Position numbers and translations under genes: made by a program. From the NCBI GenBank assembly GCA_017499595.2, contig CM039006.1, positions 62,001-126,000 of the forward strand: a stretch of DNA of 64,000 bases, written 5' to 3'. The notes under the pieces are model-generated. The model was not told the origin of the DNA, did no database searches, and saw only the letters and a program-made list of their open reading frames with translations. The stretch is from Psilocybe cubensis. Its lineage: Eukaryota. Numbering within the stretch: the stretch's first letter is position 1; each line of letters starts with the position of its first letter. Shown piece by piece: positions 13,001-22,938 of the stretch.

Positions 13001-16000
13001 GAGCTGAGTGAATCCGGCGAGAGCGTCTAGTGTGCTCAACCATTGGGCCCCAGTCAATGCCTGCAAGATGTCATCTTGTCTGGGTAGAGGAAATTCGTCA
13101 GGTACTACTTGTTCATTAAATCTACGGAGATCGATAACCATACGCGGTTTGTTGTTCCTATAAACTGTAAACACCGGCGCTCCCCAAGGACTTTGTGAAG
13201 GCTCAATAACTCCCAACTTAATCCACTCGTCCATTTGTTTGTCTATCACTTCCCGCTTAGCTGGAGACGCTGGAAAAGGCGCCAGAGAAATAGGTTTTGC
13301 TCCCTCCTTTAGTGTTATATCCACTTTAGCATCGTAGTTTCCTAGCCTGCCATCTAATCCGAATGCTTTTTCATGCCTCAAGACCACTCTTTCCATTGCA
13401 CGGCGCTCCTCAACTGTTAATGTTGCAGCTATATCAACCTCCTTCAGTAGGCGATGGGAGGGCACAACTTCTTGGGGAACTTCTGCTGTTTTAGGACCCC
13501 CTTCAATTGGATCTGACGCTGCCGGGTCATCCCCTTCGGTTGCGTTTCTTAATGCCTTTGAAGTTATGTCTGCCATTGACCTGACGGTTCCATTAGCGCG
13601 TTCGGTGACCAGTTGCTGTATCAGGCAAGCATGAGCTGCAATTGCTCGTAGTTCTTCTGTGGTTTTGTTTGACTTCCTATCTAGCCAAGAATCAGGCTCG
13701 TGCGCTCGTCCTACAACTGTCCCTTTGGCAAGCACTAGCGTGGTTTCCGATAGATTGGCGACGTGTAGAAAAGGGTTGTCTGAAGTTATCAAGCAATCCG
13801 GACTGGCACTGATTACTTCTCCGTGATTATTCTGCAAAAAATTCCTTTCAACCAGAACAGATAAAGACTTCCTTTTCATATAGCATTCTACGGGTACCTT
13901 TTTACTGGTCCCGGGTAGGATCACGATCCTCTCCGTGGTTCGTACTTCCTGCTTGGCCTGTCGCTTCCTTTCTTTAACCCTTCTCAAGTAGGCCCTTTTG
14001 TGGTTTTTTCTTCGATTGAGCATCTCCCTATCGTCGGCAATTGCTTTTACTCGAAAAGTCTGTCCCTGGTTGTTCAGAAATGAAGATCCTACTGCGTTTT
14101 CTACTTGCATACGCGGCCCGTTTACCCCAAATTCAAGGTGAGAATCACCCTCATGTCTAATAAGTGAAATTGAGTATTGATCTGCAAAGTCATTGCCTAA
14201 AATAAAGGGGGCGGTCATACCTTTAACCACGTATGCCTCGACTGGCAGCTTGACGAGTCCTTGGTTGGTCTGGAAATATAGGTTAATTGATACATAACCT
14301 GAGATGGAACAATTATTTGTGACTTGCATTAGATTAATGTTTTGTCCAGTCTTGATTCGAGGAGTCATTTTCAATGTATTGAGAACGTGCTGTGAAATCA
14401 ACGTGATGTCAGATCCAGAGTCAATTATTACCTTTCTTGTCATTTCACTTGTATTAATTCCTATAATCCCTCGAGCTTGGGTAGCGCTAGCTCCTAAGAA
14501 TGCACAGCCTGGTGGTCTAGCCATATGTTTCTGCAATTCAATGATGTTGGTATCGTCTTCCTGTTGAACCGTAGTTAGAAATGTCTGGGTTTTAATTTCT
14601 CTAGCTAGGCGCCGTCGTGTTCTTCGATTCAAGGCCGGCTTGCGGTTAGCGGCTGTGGATAATTTTGTTACATTGGCTAAGTCCTCGTCGGCAGATCCCG
14701 GTACCTTCCCACGGTTGACTTCCACACGATACGTTCTGCGCGTGAGCTGGTTTTCGTCATCTTCCTGGCCTGAATCGAAGTCTTGTTGATAATATAAATC
14801 ATCGTATTCCTCTTGAGCCTCCCTTTCTTCAGAAGTTATTTGCGACAAATTAGCTCGTGCATCTCTGGTTCCTTTGAATGCATGACGACACTCTTTATCC
14901 CAATGTTTTCCACTGCCACAGTGCTTGCACGGTCGTGCTCCTCGTTCTTCAGGACTCAAGCCTTTTTTGGTTACCACAGTATCGTCCTTGGGAAATTTTG
15001 GAGGAGGCATATTGGAGTAGGCTCCGATTGCATATGTACGCGATGTATAGCCTTTGTTAGTCTCTTTATCACGCACCTGAGCTTTATAATCTTCGTGTCT
15101 TGAACGCTCGTTCCAAGAGTTTGCTGCTGGACTGTCCAGCCTCATCAAGGCGTCCTCGTGGTATCGTATGGCTGATTGGAATTGCAAAGCTGTTTCGTAC
15201 AGCTGAGTAGTGAGGATAGTGTTCCAGGTAGGCGGAGCTCCTTCCATTACTTCCAGTATTAACTCAGAATCCTCTAGTGTCCAAACAACTTTCAGAAGCG
15301 CAGTCTTACGTATGTAGTATTCGCTAGGAGTCTCTCTAGCATATCCGGCTTCTCTGTAACGACAACGCATGGCTTTACTCTTCTGTTGATCCAGCCATCT
15401 GCGGTTCATATAGAAATCCGAGATGGCATTTTTCATGGTATCCCAATTCTCTTCGATGGATTCTCGATAGTCCTCATTGAGTGACCAATACCAGGTCTCT
15501 GCTGCTCCCTCCAGTCTCCGGGGTATTATTTTTCCTAGCTGAGTGAATACCAATTCTGAAGTTGAAGCAATGTTACTTACCTTGTATAACCATCTTACTA
15601 GATGTTCTGTATTTCCATCCCACTTAGGCACGCTTTCCGGTTTGAGTTTGAGATCGAAATGCGGTTCTTGATTATGTCGAGAGCCTGTACTTGTGGTTCG
15701 TTTGTCGTTCCCTGATTGTGATCTCTTAGGAGTGCTTGTCCAAAAAGGATTTCCCTCATCATCCGATGGATCAGACTCAGGGTCACTGGGCGGATCTTCA
15801 TCTATCTTATCCCACCGCATGGATATCTCTCTTTGCGATCCTCTGTCTTTCCTAGGTGAGCGATCCCTTTCTCCTGTGTCTTTGTCCTTTCTGAAACGAC
15901 TTCCCATTTCGCCCAGTAAGCCTTGTAATGCCGAAGTAGGGGGTTTGTTCCTTGTTGAAGACATTCCAGTTTTAAGGCTACGTTCCAATTGTTCCTTTCC

Positions 16001-16807
16001 TACTTCATTGAATCCGTATATAGCTGAATGTCTCCGTAACTTAGGTTTAGGTGATGAATTACGTTCTGGTTTTTCCTTTAATTTTTCCTCAATTCTCATG
16101 ATTTTATCGATATCCGGGTCCCTGATTTGGCCCTTCTCGAAGTCGTAGATTGAGTCGAATAAGGTGAGGTATTGTTCCACCTCAGTTCGATATGTTACTG
16201 CTGCTAATTCGTACTCGTTCTCTTGATAGAATTTTCCAACGTCACCGTATTTTCCCCATCTTGGCAAACGAGGTACTGGTCTCCCTGATATAACAAGGTA
16301 CTTCTCCAATTCCTCACCTATCTTGAAAAGCGTGGCGCTTAGAGTAGAGTAGCTTCTTCTGCTGACTGCGTAAGCGACTCCCTCGACTACGGTTCCGTCG
16401 TCCTCTCTTCCTTTTAATTCAACTTTCTTGACCTTCAATAAAAGTTCATCGAGCGAGTTGGAGATGTTGCTGAATGTCTCGTTTAACTGCCTTCTAGAAA
16501 AGACAAAATCCATGTTTTGTTCTATTTCTCTTCCCAGGTAATCTGACATATATTCCAATGCCTTCTTACGTCTTTCCATTAATTTACTATCTCGGCGATA
16601 GTATATAGCGGATCTGAGTAAAGGATGTGCTATGTAAGCTCTCGTGGGGTCAACCTTTCCGGGGTTATGAATAGCGGTGTCGTCGAATTTTACCAATTCT
16701 GGAAGGCTGTAATTAGCGAATGAAGCTTCATCCAGCTGTTCCTCGGGGTTATTATTTCTTTGCTGGTGTGGTGGTAAATCCTTATTTCTTCCGGTTGTCG
16801 TGCTCAT
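10070..16807 (-). CDS. Gag-Pol polyprotein in a single frame: Gag, CCHC knuckle, aspartic protease, RT, RNase H, integrase, chromodomain
   Basis: First ATG at 16807 (MSTTTGRN). Motifs: CKHCGSGKHWDKEC; IIDSGSDITLI; LDALAGF...MPFGY...VYIDDIV; VYTDACDFG...NYSPTERE...TDH; H..H..CDIC and SMDF...TDRD...QTE; C-terminal VQIEKIV...YLVRWKDFPKEDDEW. Confidence 0.97.
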   Translation of the reverse strand: MSTTTGRNKDLPPHQQRNNNPEEQLDEASFANYSLPELVKFDDTAIHNPGKVDPTRAYIAHPLLRSAIYYRRDSKLMERRKKALEYMSDYLGREIEQNMDFVFSRRQLNETFSNISNSLDELLLKVKKVELKGREDDGTVVEGVAYAVSRRSYSTLSATLFKIGEELEKYLVISGRPVPRLPRWGKYGDVGKFYQENEYELAAVTYRTEVEQYLTLFDSIYDFEKGQIRDPDIDKIMRIEEKLKEKPERNSSPKPKLRRHSAIYGFNEVGKEQLERSLKTGMSSTRNKPPTSALQGLLGEMGSRFRKDKDTGERDRSPRKDRGSQREISMRWDKIDEDPPSDPESDPSDDEGNPFWTSTPKRSQSGNDKRTTSTGSRHNQEPHFDLKLKPESVPKWDGNTEHLVRWLYKVSNIASTSELVFTQLGKIIPRRLEGAAETWYWSLNEDYRESIEENWDTMKNAISDFYMNRRWLDQQKSKAMRCRYREAGYARETPSEYYIRKTALLKVVWTLEDSELILEVMEGAPPTWNTILTTQLYETALQFQSAIRYHEDALMRLDSPAANSWNERSRHEDYKAQVRDKETNKGYTSRTYAIGAYSNMPPPKFPKDDTVVTKKGLSPEERGARPCKHCGSGKHWDKECRHAFKGTRDARANLSQITSEEREAQEEYDDLYYQQDFDSGQEDDENQLTRRTYRVEVNRGKVPGSADEDLANVTKLSTAANRKPALNRRTRRRLAREIKTQTFLTTVQQEDDTNIIELQKHMARPPGCAFLGASATQARGIIGINTSEMTRKVIIDSGSDITLISQHVLNTLKMTPRIKTGQNINLMQVTNNCSISGYVSINLYFQTNQGLVKLPVEAYVVKGMTAPFILGNDFADQYSISLIRHEGDSHLEFGVNGPRMQVENAVGSSFLNNQGQTFRVKAIADDREMLNRRKNHKRAYLRRVKERKRQAKQEVRTTERIVILPGTSKKVPVECYMKRKSLSVLVERNFLQNNHGEVISASPDCLITSDNPFLHVANLSETTLVLAKGTVVGRAHEPDSWLDRKSNKTTEELRAIAAHACLIQQLVTERANGTVRSMADITSKALRNATEGDDPAASDPIEGGPKTAEVPQEVVPSHRLLKEVDIAATLTVEERRAMERVVLRHEKAFGLDGRLGNYDAKVDITLKEGAKPISLAPFPASPAKREVIDKQMDEWIKLGVIEPSQSPWGAPVFTVYRNNKPRMVIDLRRFNEQVVPDEFPLPRQDDILQALTGAQWLSTLDALAGFTQLTMTNSASEKLAFRTHRGLWQFKRMPFGYRNGPSVFQRVMQSVLAPFLWIFTLVYIDDIVIFSKTFEEHLTHLERVFHAIEKANITLSPAKCHLGYQSLLLLGQKVSRLGLSTHKEKVDAIISLERPRNVAELQTFLGMMVYFANYIPFYAWIAHPLFKLIQKKSDWNWTELHEEAFELCKQVLSNAPIRGYAKPGLPYRVYTDACDFGLAGILQQVQPIKIRDLRGTKIYDRLKKAFDRGEAVPSLVTVIHKEVNDVPDPGKWDPDFENTTVYVERVISYWSRVLKSAERNYSPTEREALALKEALIKFQPYLEGEDILAVTDHAALTWSKTFQNINRRLLTWGLIFAAYPKLRIVHRAGKVHSNVDPISRLRRRIPFTENPIKDDNVVITLSAENDPLKEMYDEMGSRFEEKLLRMATRQENQDKDLPVDVESNFVEIQQTKNETVIVDIANTNCFSVLVGISEKELSEWCKGYIKDEHFNKVLDNFKAGGAEFLQYRYADDGLIYFEDALGHDRLCVPKEFRNRLLEETHEGVTETAHAGYHKLYNKLASVYYWPRMSRDIKKFVTSCDICQKIKPRREAANGLLRPIPIPTQPFEVVSMDFIPDLPVSGGYNNILVIVDKLTKYGIFIPCKTNVTEEETAALFFKHIIAHYGIPRQVITDRDSRWRNEFWGEICRLMGMKRALTTAYHPQADGQTEILNQGLEITLRAYVEASRKDWVDHLDGIMLAYNSTPHSATTYAPAFLLRGYTPITRSTLLNSGPYIDRSITMENLEATEQRAIDILEQFEADRTQAREALKLGQAYQQKAYNKGRRNEEFEEGDKVLINPHSLELLRKEKGRGQKLLVRYDGPFEISKKLSPVTYQLRLPVSYGNHPIINIGHLVKYNESPKEFGEREEMESMRESFDNLPEVQIEKIVDERLFKSRGKGRRVKKYLVRWKDFPKEDDEWLTRRELANAPQILDEWTNRGIIIKDRR

Positions 16808-16866
16808 GATTGTATATGTGAATGAGATAATTGATAGAAACTTTTCTTGGTACGTCGATAATCGAG

Positions 16867-16884
16867 TTCCCAATGCGTCCACCA
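16867..16884 (-). promoter_or_regulatory. Primer binding site, probably tRNA-Ala
   Basis: Minus strand reads TGGTGGACGCATTGGGAA starting 2 nt after the 5' LTR; it is complementary to a tRNA ending ...UGCGUCCA-CCA, the U70-C71-C72-A73 acceptor end characteristic of tRNA-Ala. Confidence 0.75.
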
Positions 16885-16886
16885 AA

Positions 16887-17317
16887 TGTTAAGTTCCGAG
16901 TAAAATGTAAAGAGAACTCGCTTAGAAAATGAGTCCTAAACTCAATTTATCTACGTGGGCTCTGAGATTGGTTGCACAAATTAGTTATCTAGTAGTTGAG
17001 TTCTAGATAACCTTAATACACAGCCTAACTGTGTATACGTACGGTTGATAGTTGATGCTTTAAACACCTTCGAGTTTGGTTGTGTAATACTGAATAAAAT
17101 TGATAATCTTTACCTACAACAAGTTCCCTGTATATATACTATTGTCGACTACTAGTTCTCGTTAATTCTACGACCTTCGTTAACACCGTCGAAGAATCCT
17201 GTGACTTCGGGCAGACTCAAGGATCCCCGAGACGTTGCGGTTTATTCCCCTTTGTCACGTCTCGTGAATTAATCGTGTGACTAGTACTTTATCTTTGGAC
17301 AAGCATGATCCCTAACA
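16887..17317 (-). repeat. 5' LTR (431 bp)
   Basis: Direct repeat of 8189-8619; contains a TATATATA box near 17130-17138. Confidence 0.97.
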
Positions 17318-18037
17318 GGTCGTTCATTATTAAATACGTAGAGATCAATAGAACAAGAATGAGAAAAAAGAAGAAAAAAAAAGGACATAGACGTAAGACA
17401 TGGACGGACAGACGGATATACGACGACTCGGGAAGAAGAAAATGCAATGTAGCTACAAGAAAAAGAAGGGTTTAAACGAGGTATGTATGGATGTATGTAT
17501 TGATGTATGTATCGGATGTGTGTGTGAAATGGATATGAAAAAATAAACGAGTGTATAGCCGACAACGGACGCGGCTTTGGGATTATACGATGTGGAAGGC
17601 AGACGGTCTGAACAAAGGCAAAAAAAAATCGAAACAGCCTACGACGCCGCGAAAACAAGCCAAATCGACAAGCAAAGAAAAAAAAATAAGTGTAGTGTAT
17701 CAAACAATCCTACGACCGCGCCTCTAGAACATCAACAACCCAAACCATCACAGGGAATCATCAAGAAAAAGAACACAATAATAAAAAATGATCCTAGAAG
17801 ACAAAATAGGCGAGGTGAAGACGAAGGCAAAAGTTGAAGGCAAATGGCCTGTCAGCCACTTTTTGAGTGTCACCAAGCCAAGTCGGGTGGCTCAACGGGA
17901 CACTTTGGTTGTGGGTGTAATATTGTCGGTAATCGGCGAGTTTTTGAGTGTCGGAATCGGTTATCAGGGATTTCGAGTGGTTATAATGATATAGTCGGCA
18001 TTGGCGGTCATCGTTGTGGGGCGGTAACAATGACGAA

Positions 18038-19901
18038 CTACTCGGGCTTGATCTTCCAAAACACAGCGGCAGCCGCAACACTGAGCAGCACTACGTCCAC
18101 CGCAGTTTGGACATTGATATTCGAGTTTCCCGCGCCATCCTTTCCCTTGCCCTTGTTCAGGTGTTGCAACGCCTGTGTAGCCCAAGCATGCACCCGAGCA
18201 TCAGGAAGCGCAGCCGCCAAGGAATCAAGATCAACAGTCGACAGCCAGCGCGCGACCGACGATGAAGAGATCCAAACGACGCCCGACACAAGCCATGAAT
18301 AGACAGAGATCGCAAGACCTACAAATACACCCAACACACCCAACACACAAGAAACGAAAACCCAGAAAACGATTAGAAACGCGCCGCGCGCATATGTCGA
18401 TGAAGAAGAAAATGGACTTGCCCTAGCGCATTCTATTCCTCCTCCTTCTAGCCCATCTCCACTTGATTGCTTGTATTTACCAGCAATAGAATCTTCGTCA
18501 AAGCTACGCGAGAGCACATCCGCGTCCACATCGCTCGAGTCTGCAAGTGGGTGCGTCCGTGTCTTCCCAGATAGCAGAGACTTGTCTTGATCCCGGTCAC
18601 CGTCGAGAGACGAAACAGTGCTCTCCGAGAGCTTGAACACGACATATGGTTCCGGCGTAGCAAGCATACGCATAGGGTCGTCTACAAGTCCAACCCCTTT
18701 TCGTCCTTTGAGCTTCTGTGCAGGCATTGCTTTCTTGTCGCCCGATTCACGGTCTTCTTTGTCCTCGCTGCCACTCGCACCGGAGCTGCCTTCCACGGCG
18801 GATGTTGAGGTAGCAACAGCGTTAGTGAGCACCGTACGCTCGGCGTACGGGGCTTGCCAACCTTGAGATCCTCCTGCTTCCACTTCTCTGCCTCTGCCTC
18901 ATCCTCCGACCCATGTTCATGACTTTGTTCGTGCTCGTGCTCCTGATCAAGGGACGAAGAGTCGACAATTTCAGACACAGAATGGTCTTTATCCTCAACT
19001 CCATGCTGCGCATCACGCGCCTCATGATCGAGATCGCCATCGCCATCTTCCCCACGTTCAGCACGCGCAACGGCCTCCTCATCCTCCTCCTCGACGCTCT
19101 CAAGCTTGTGCGGAATAATTGTCGACACACTACGCGCATCGTCGTCGTCATCTTCCTCTTCCTCGTCGTCATCTTCATGGCCCTCCCCACCTTCGTCCTC
19201 ATCATCACACGTATGATGCCGTTCACCCATTGCCTCTTCGTGAGACCCTTCCTCCACCCTTACCTCTCTCGAATTACCGGAACCCGCGCCGGACGTCCCC
19301 AATGAACTCGTGCCACACATCACAAGCTCTCGCAACACCGCCGTAAACCTTCCTGTGCCTCAAGAGCGCCCTCGAGCTGGTGTACGCGGTCGTGGTGGGT
19401 AGCAAAGCTGCTCTGCGTCGTGCGGCAACTTTGTGATGGATGATCGTCTTATTGTCTTCACCGACGACGTCGATACCCAATTCCTAGAAAATGTGAGGAC
19501 ATACGACGATGTCGTTGCTTTTGAGCTCGAATGGCTCCGATTCGTGTCCTTCGCTGCTGAGCCTCTCCCCATTGATAAACGTCCCATTCGAACTCTTCAC
19601 ATCTTTAATATATATCTAAACATTCATCAGAATCCGGCCGGAATGTGATGCATATATGCATATACACGCATATACTCACCTTTCCACCCTCCTCCCACAC
19701 TTCTGCGTGTTGCCGACTCAGCACCTTGCTGTCAAAAAACCCATTCCGCTCGCCCGGCGTTGTTTTGCTGCTCGGCTGCCATCCAATTTTCGTGTGCATA
19801 TTCGTCAGCGCAACACGTTTGGGTGCCCATGTGTCGTTCAAAGGGTACAGGTAGAGAGCCGGGAAGAGCGCGTTGGACGGTGGTAGGGCTGAAGACGGCA
19901 T
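18038..19901 (-). pseudogene. Pseudogene of an FHA/coiled-coil/tail-anchor protein (VPS64/FAR10/SLMAP-like, STRIPAK component)
   Basis: FHA motifs [31 protein letters not shown] and GIDVVGEDNKTIIHHKVAAR, plus the C-terminal anchor VQTAVDVVLLSVAAAAVFWKIKPE. Lesions: the conserved FHA GR reads GW, the second intron is only 21 nt and ends in an in-frame TAG, and three frame breaks occur. Confidence 0.8.
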
Positions 19902-22091
19902 GGATGGTGTTGTCGATGTCGATGTCGATGTGAGCCCTGGGAGTGCGTTGTGTTAGACAGAGGAAAAGGGTGCCGAAGGCATTTATAATGTTTTTTGGGT
20001 GAGGTGGCGGTGGTGTTGGTGGTGTTGCGGCCACAAAAAAGACCTGCTCAAAGGTTATGCGACGCTCGTATATACTCTCCTTTGTCCTTACCGTACCCGG
20101 CGTCAATATCATCGATGTAGTGTGTGGAAGACTTACAAGCTTCATACGGCTTCTCAATACACGTCCCGTAAGTATGGGAGACGCCTATTGCACATTGTGT
20201 TAACTGTGGATAGCAACGAATAGAGCAATAGTAATACTAACTTGTCCTGTCATGCCGGTATTGCAGAGGTCACTCTGCATAGAAATCCACTGTTCGACCA
20301 GTATGGTGACACTCTTGTCCTTTCCTCTAACAACGCGACCCCCTTACGACCCTAAAGATTTAAACGTCGTTAACTTTGAGATTTACAAGCTGATAATATG
20401 GGAACCAACATTCTTTGTTGGTTCGTTAATATCAGTGTTGATCTGGTGGAGCACGACTGATAAAAGTCAAGTTTCAACTTGGTTTCAACGCAATCAACGT
20501 GCCAGTGAAGTCATGAGGCGTGGGAACGTAGTCACATGATGTTCTAGACTTAGCCGAACCTTGCCCGAACTTTTTTTACGTCTCTTTTCTCACTCTAGTG
20601 CTGGAAAAGCACCTATTGACGGTATATTCAACCAGTTATGGTGTCGCAATCGCACTTAAGATGAAGGTATGACTTCGTGACTGCCTCATTCAAACACTTT
20701 TCCACTGTCTTTTTAGGGTAACCCTCTACTTTTCATTCTTGATTACAGTTCCTGCACCACGCGAGACGTCATTGAGAGTCCGGAAGCTTGATTGAAGGAG
20801 GTCTTGGTGGTCTGTAGTTTCTGGACAGACTCTCATATACCAGAGAGAGGTGCGCACAGATGTCTCTTCCAATTTCTCCCACTAATCTTTCTTCTCCCCT
20901 TCAACCCTCTCCATCCCTCATCAACACACCGCTTACTCCTTGCGCCGACGTATGATCTACCGTACCATCTCACCCTTCCTCAACCCTGGCACTTTCTGAC
21001 ATGCCGGATACCTCCCCACTCTCGGTCCGACAATCCATCTTTAGTCGGACGTGTAGAACCACAGGTCCAAATGCCTTCCCCCTGCATTTTGCCGAGACAC
21101 AGCCTGCTTTAAGCTTTTGGTGGTCTGCAGCTTTTGAGGGATCTAAGAGCCTCTCCTATTCCAGAGAAAGGTGTGCACACATATCTCTTCCAATCTCTCT
21201 CACGAGTCACAAATCTTACTCCACCCTTCCGATCCTTCTCCATCTCCAACCCTCCTCGACCATCGACACCCCTTACTCCTCGCACCCCATTATGCCACTC
21301 TCACCCCCTACCTCTCTACGACCCTTTGGCTCATTTGATATGCTGGTTACCTCTCTGCTCTCGGTTCGACAATCCATTCTTTAACCCTACATTTCGGATA
21401 CTAAACCCCGCATACATCTCGTCTAATCATATCGTGCATCGCTGTCGTCGTCATATGTTTATGAAAGGCGACTAGCTCCAAATATGGGATGTGTTCGCAT
21501 TGATAGGGAGATCATTTCGGTTACAAATGGTAAACGCTCCTTTTCTCCCTCGTTCTCTCCGTAATGACAAGTAATGCTTTAGAATAACACACCCCATCCA
21601 GTCGTACTGTGCATATTGCAGACATTATGTCTGCGCGAGTCGTGTCATATGGGGTTTTGAGGTTCCCCGTATCGTGTTGGAAACGTCAGTAAGACGAATA
21701 AATTGGGATCTTCACCAGCATCGAGTGTCAGGAGTTTGGACGGTATGTACCTCGCGCCTACTGTCTTATGTATCATCTCCGCTCTAGCATAGTCGTAGCG
21801 CGGCAGAACGGCAAGCGGCGCCCTGCAGTGCATATACAGCATACACCCCTTTGCTTCTAAGTGGATCTCTCAATGATACGGGTAAACGGTAAGATTCACG
21901 ATCAGTGCATTGATATTGTTGGCGGTGATAGTGGTTACGACGGGGTTGCAAGCTCTAGTTCGTGTCCATCGCATGTAGTAAGATAAGATGCCGTCGTTTA
22001 CAGCTGAGTGTGCTTCATCTGTTTTCTAAACACGTATGCAATAGATGTTGTTATTGAGTCTCAGTGTAAGACCTCATCTCCCAAGAGTTTT

Positions 22092-22938
22092 AAGATGCGA
22101 ATGGCATTGAAGGGGTGTGATGAGGTGGTGTGTTTGCGTTTGCGAGAGTGAGAGTGAGAGTCAGGGTGGTGCTCAAGTCCACCGTGACCCTTCACTGTCC
22201 CAGCCCTATACTGTGCTTTCCAATTGTTAGAATTGAAGTTATTGGTAATATACATATCTCCGTCCCTCTTCTTACCGTCCAACCGTCGATGTTGATCAAA
22301 AAGACGTGAACACGAAGTGCCGAAAGGCCGTTCGCACCAATATGTCCCACAGTTACTATGCGTCGTGATTATCTCGGAGTCGGAGATATTATGTAGTTCA
22401 ATGAAAACCAAAGTGTTATCTGACATATCATCGTTTATTTTGTTTTGCAATGTTAATTTACGCTCTTTGATACTAATATCTTCCTAGGAATAAGTAATTT
22501 TCATGTCGCTCGTACAAGGACAACGGTACTGCCGCGCTCATTGTTGATGCCGTATAATTAATTTCTGACGTCAAAGTCAATGAAGATGCGAATGGCATTG
22601 AAGGGGTGTGATGGGGTGGTTTGTTTGCATTTGCGTTCGCGAGAGTGAGAGTGAGAGTCAGGGCGGTGCTCAAGTCCACCGTGACCGATTGAGCTTTCAC
22701 TGTCCCAGCCCTATACTGTACTTTCCAATTGTAAAAATTGAGATTATTGGTAATGTACATATCCAAGACACTGTGTTATCACCTACGTCCCTCCTCTTAC
22801 CGTCCAACTGTCGATGTTGATCACAAAACCATGAATACGAAGTGCCGAAAGGCCGTTCGCAGCTATATGTCCCACGGTCACTGTGCGTCTTGCTTATCTC
22901 GGAGATATTAGGTCAATGAAAACCAAGGTGTTATCTGA
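22092..22938. repeat. Diverged tandem duplication of a unit of about 330-355 bp (22092-22423 and 22583-22938)
   Basis: Shared blocks AAGATGCGAATGGCATTGAAGGGGTGTGATG, GCTCAAGTCCACCGTGACC, CACTGTCCCAGCCCTATACTGT, CGAAGTGCCGAAAGGCCGTTCGCA and TCAATGAAAACCAA occur in the same order, with indels. Confidence 0.9.

Larger units (their letters stand above)
8189..17317 (-). mobile_element. Full-length Ty3/Gypsy (chromovirus-type) LTR retrotransposon
   Basis: Two 431-bp direct repeats with TGTTA...TAACA termini, a 5-bp TSD GGTCG at 8184-8188 and 17318-17322, PBS and PPT present, and an uninterrupted Gag-PR-RT-RH-IN-chromodomain ORF. Confidence 0.98.
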
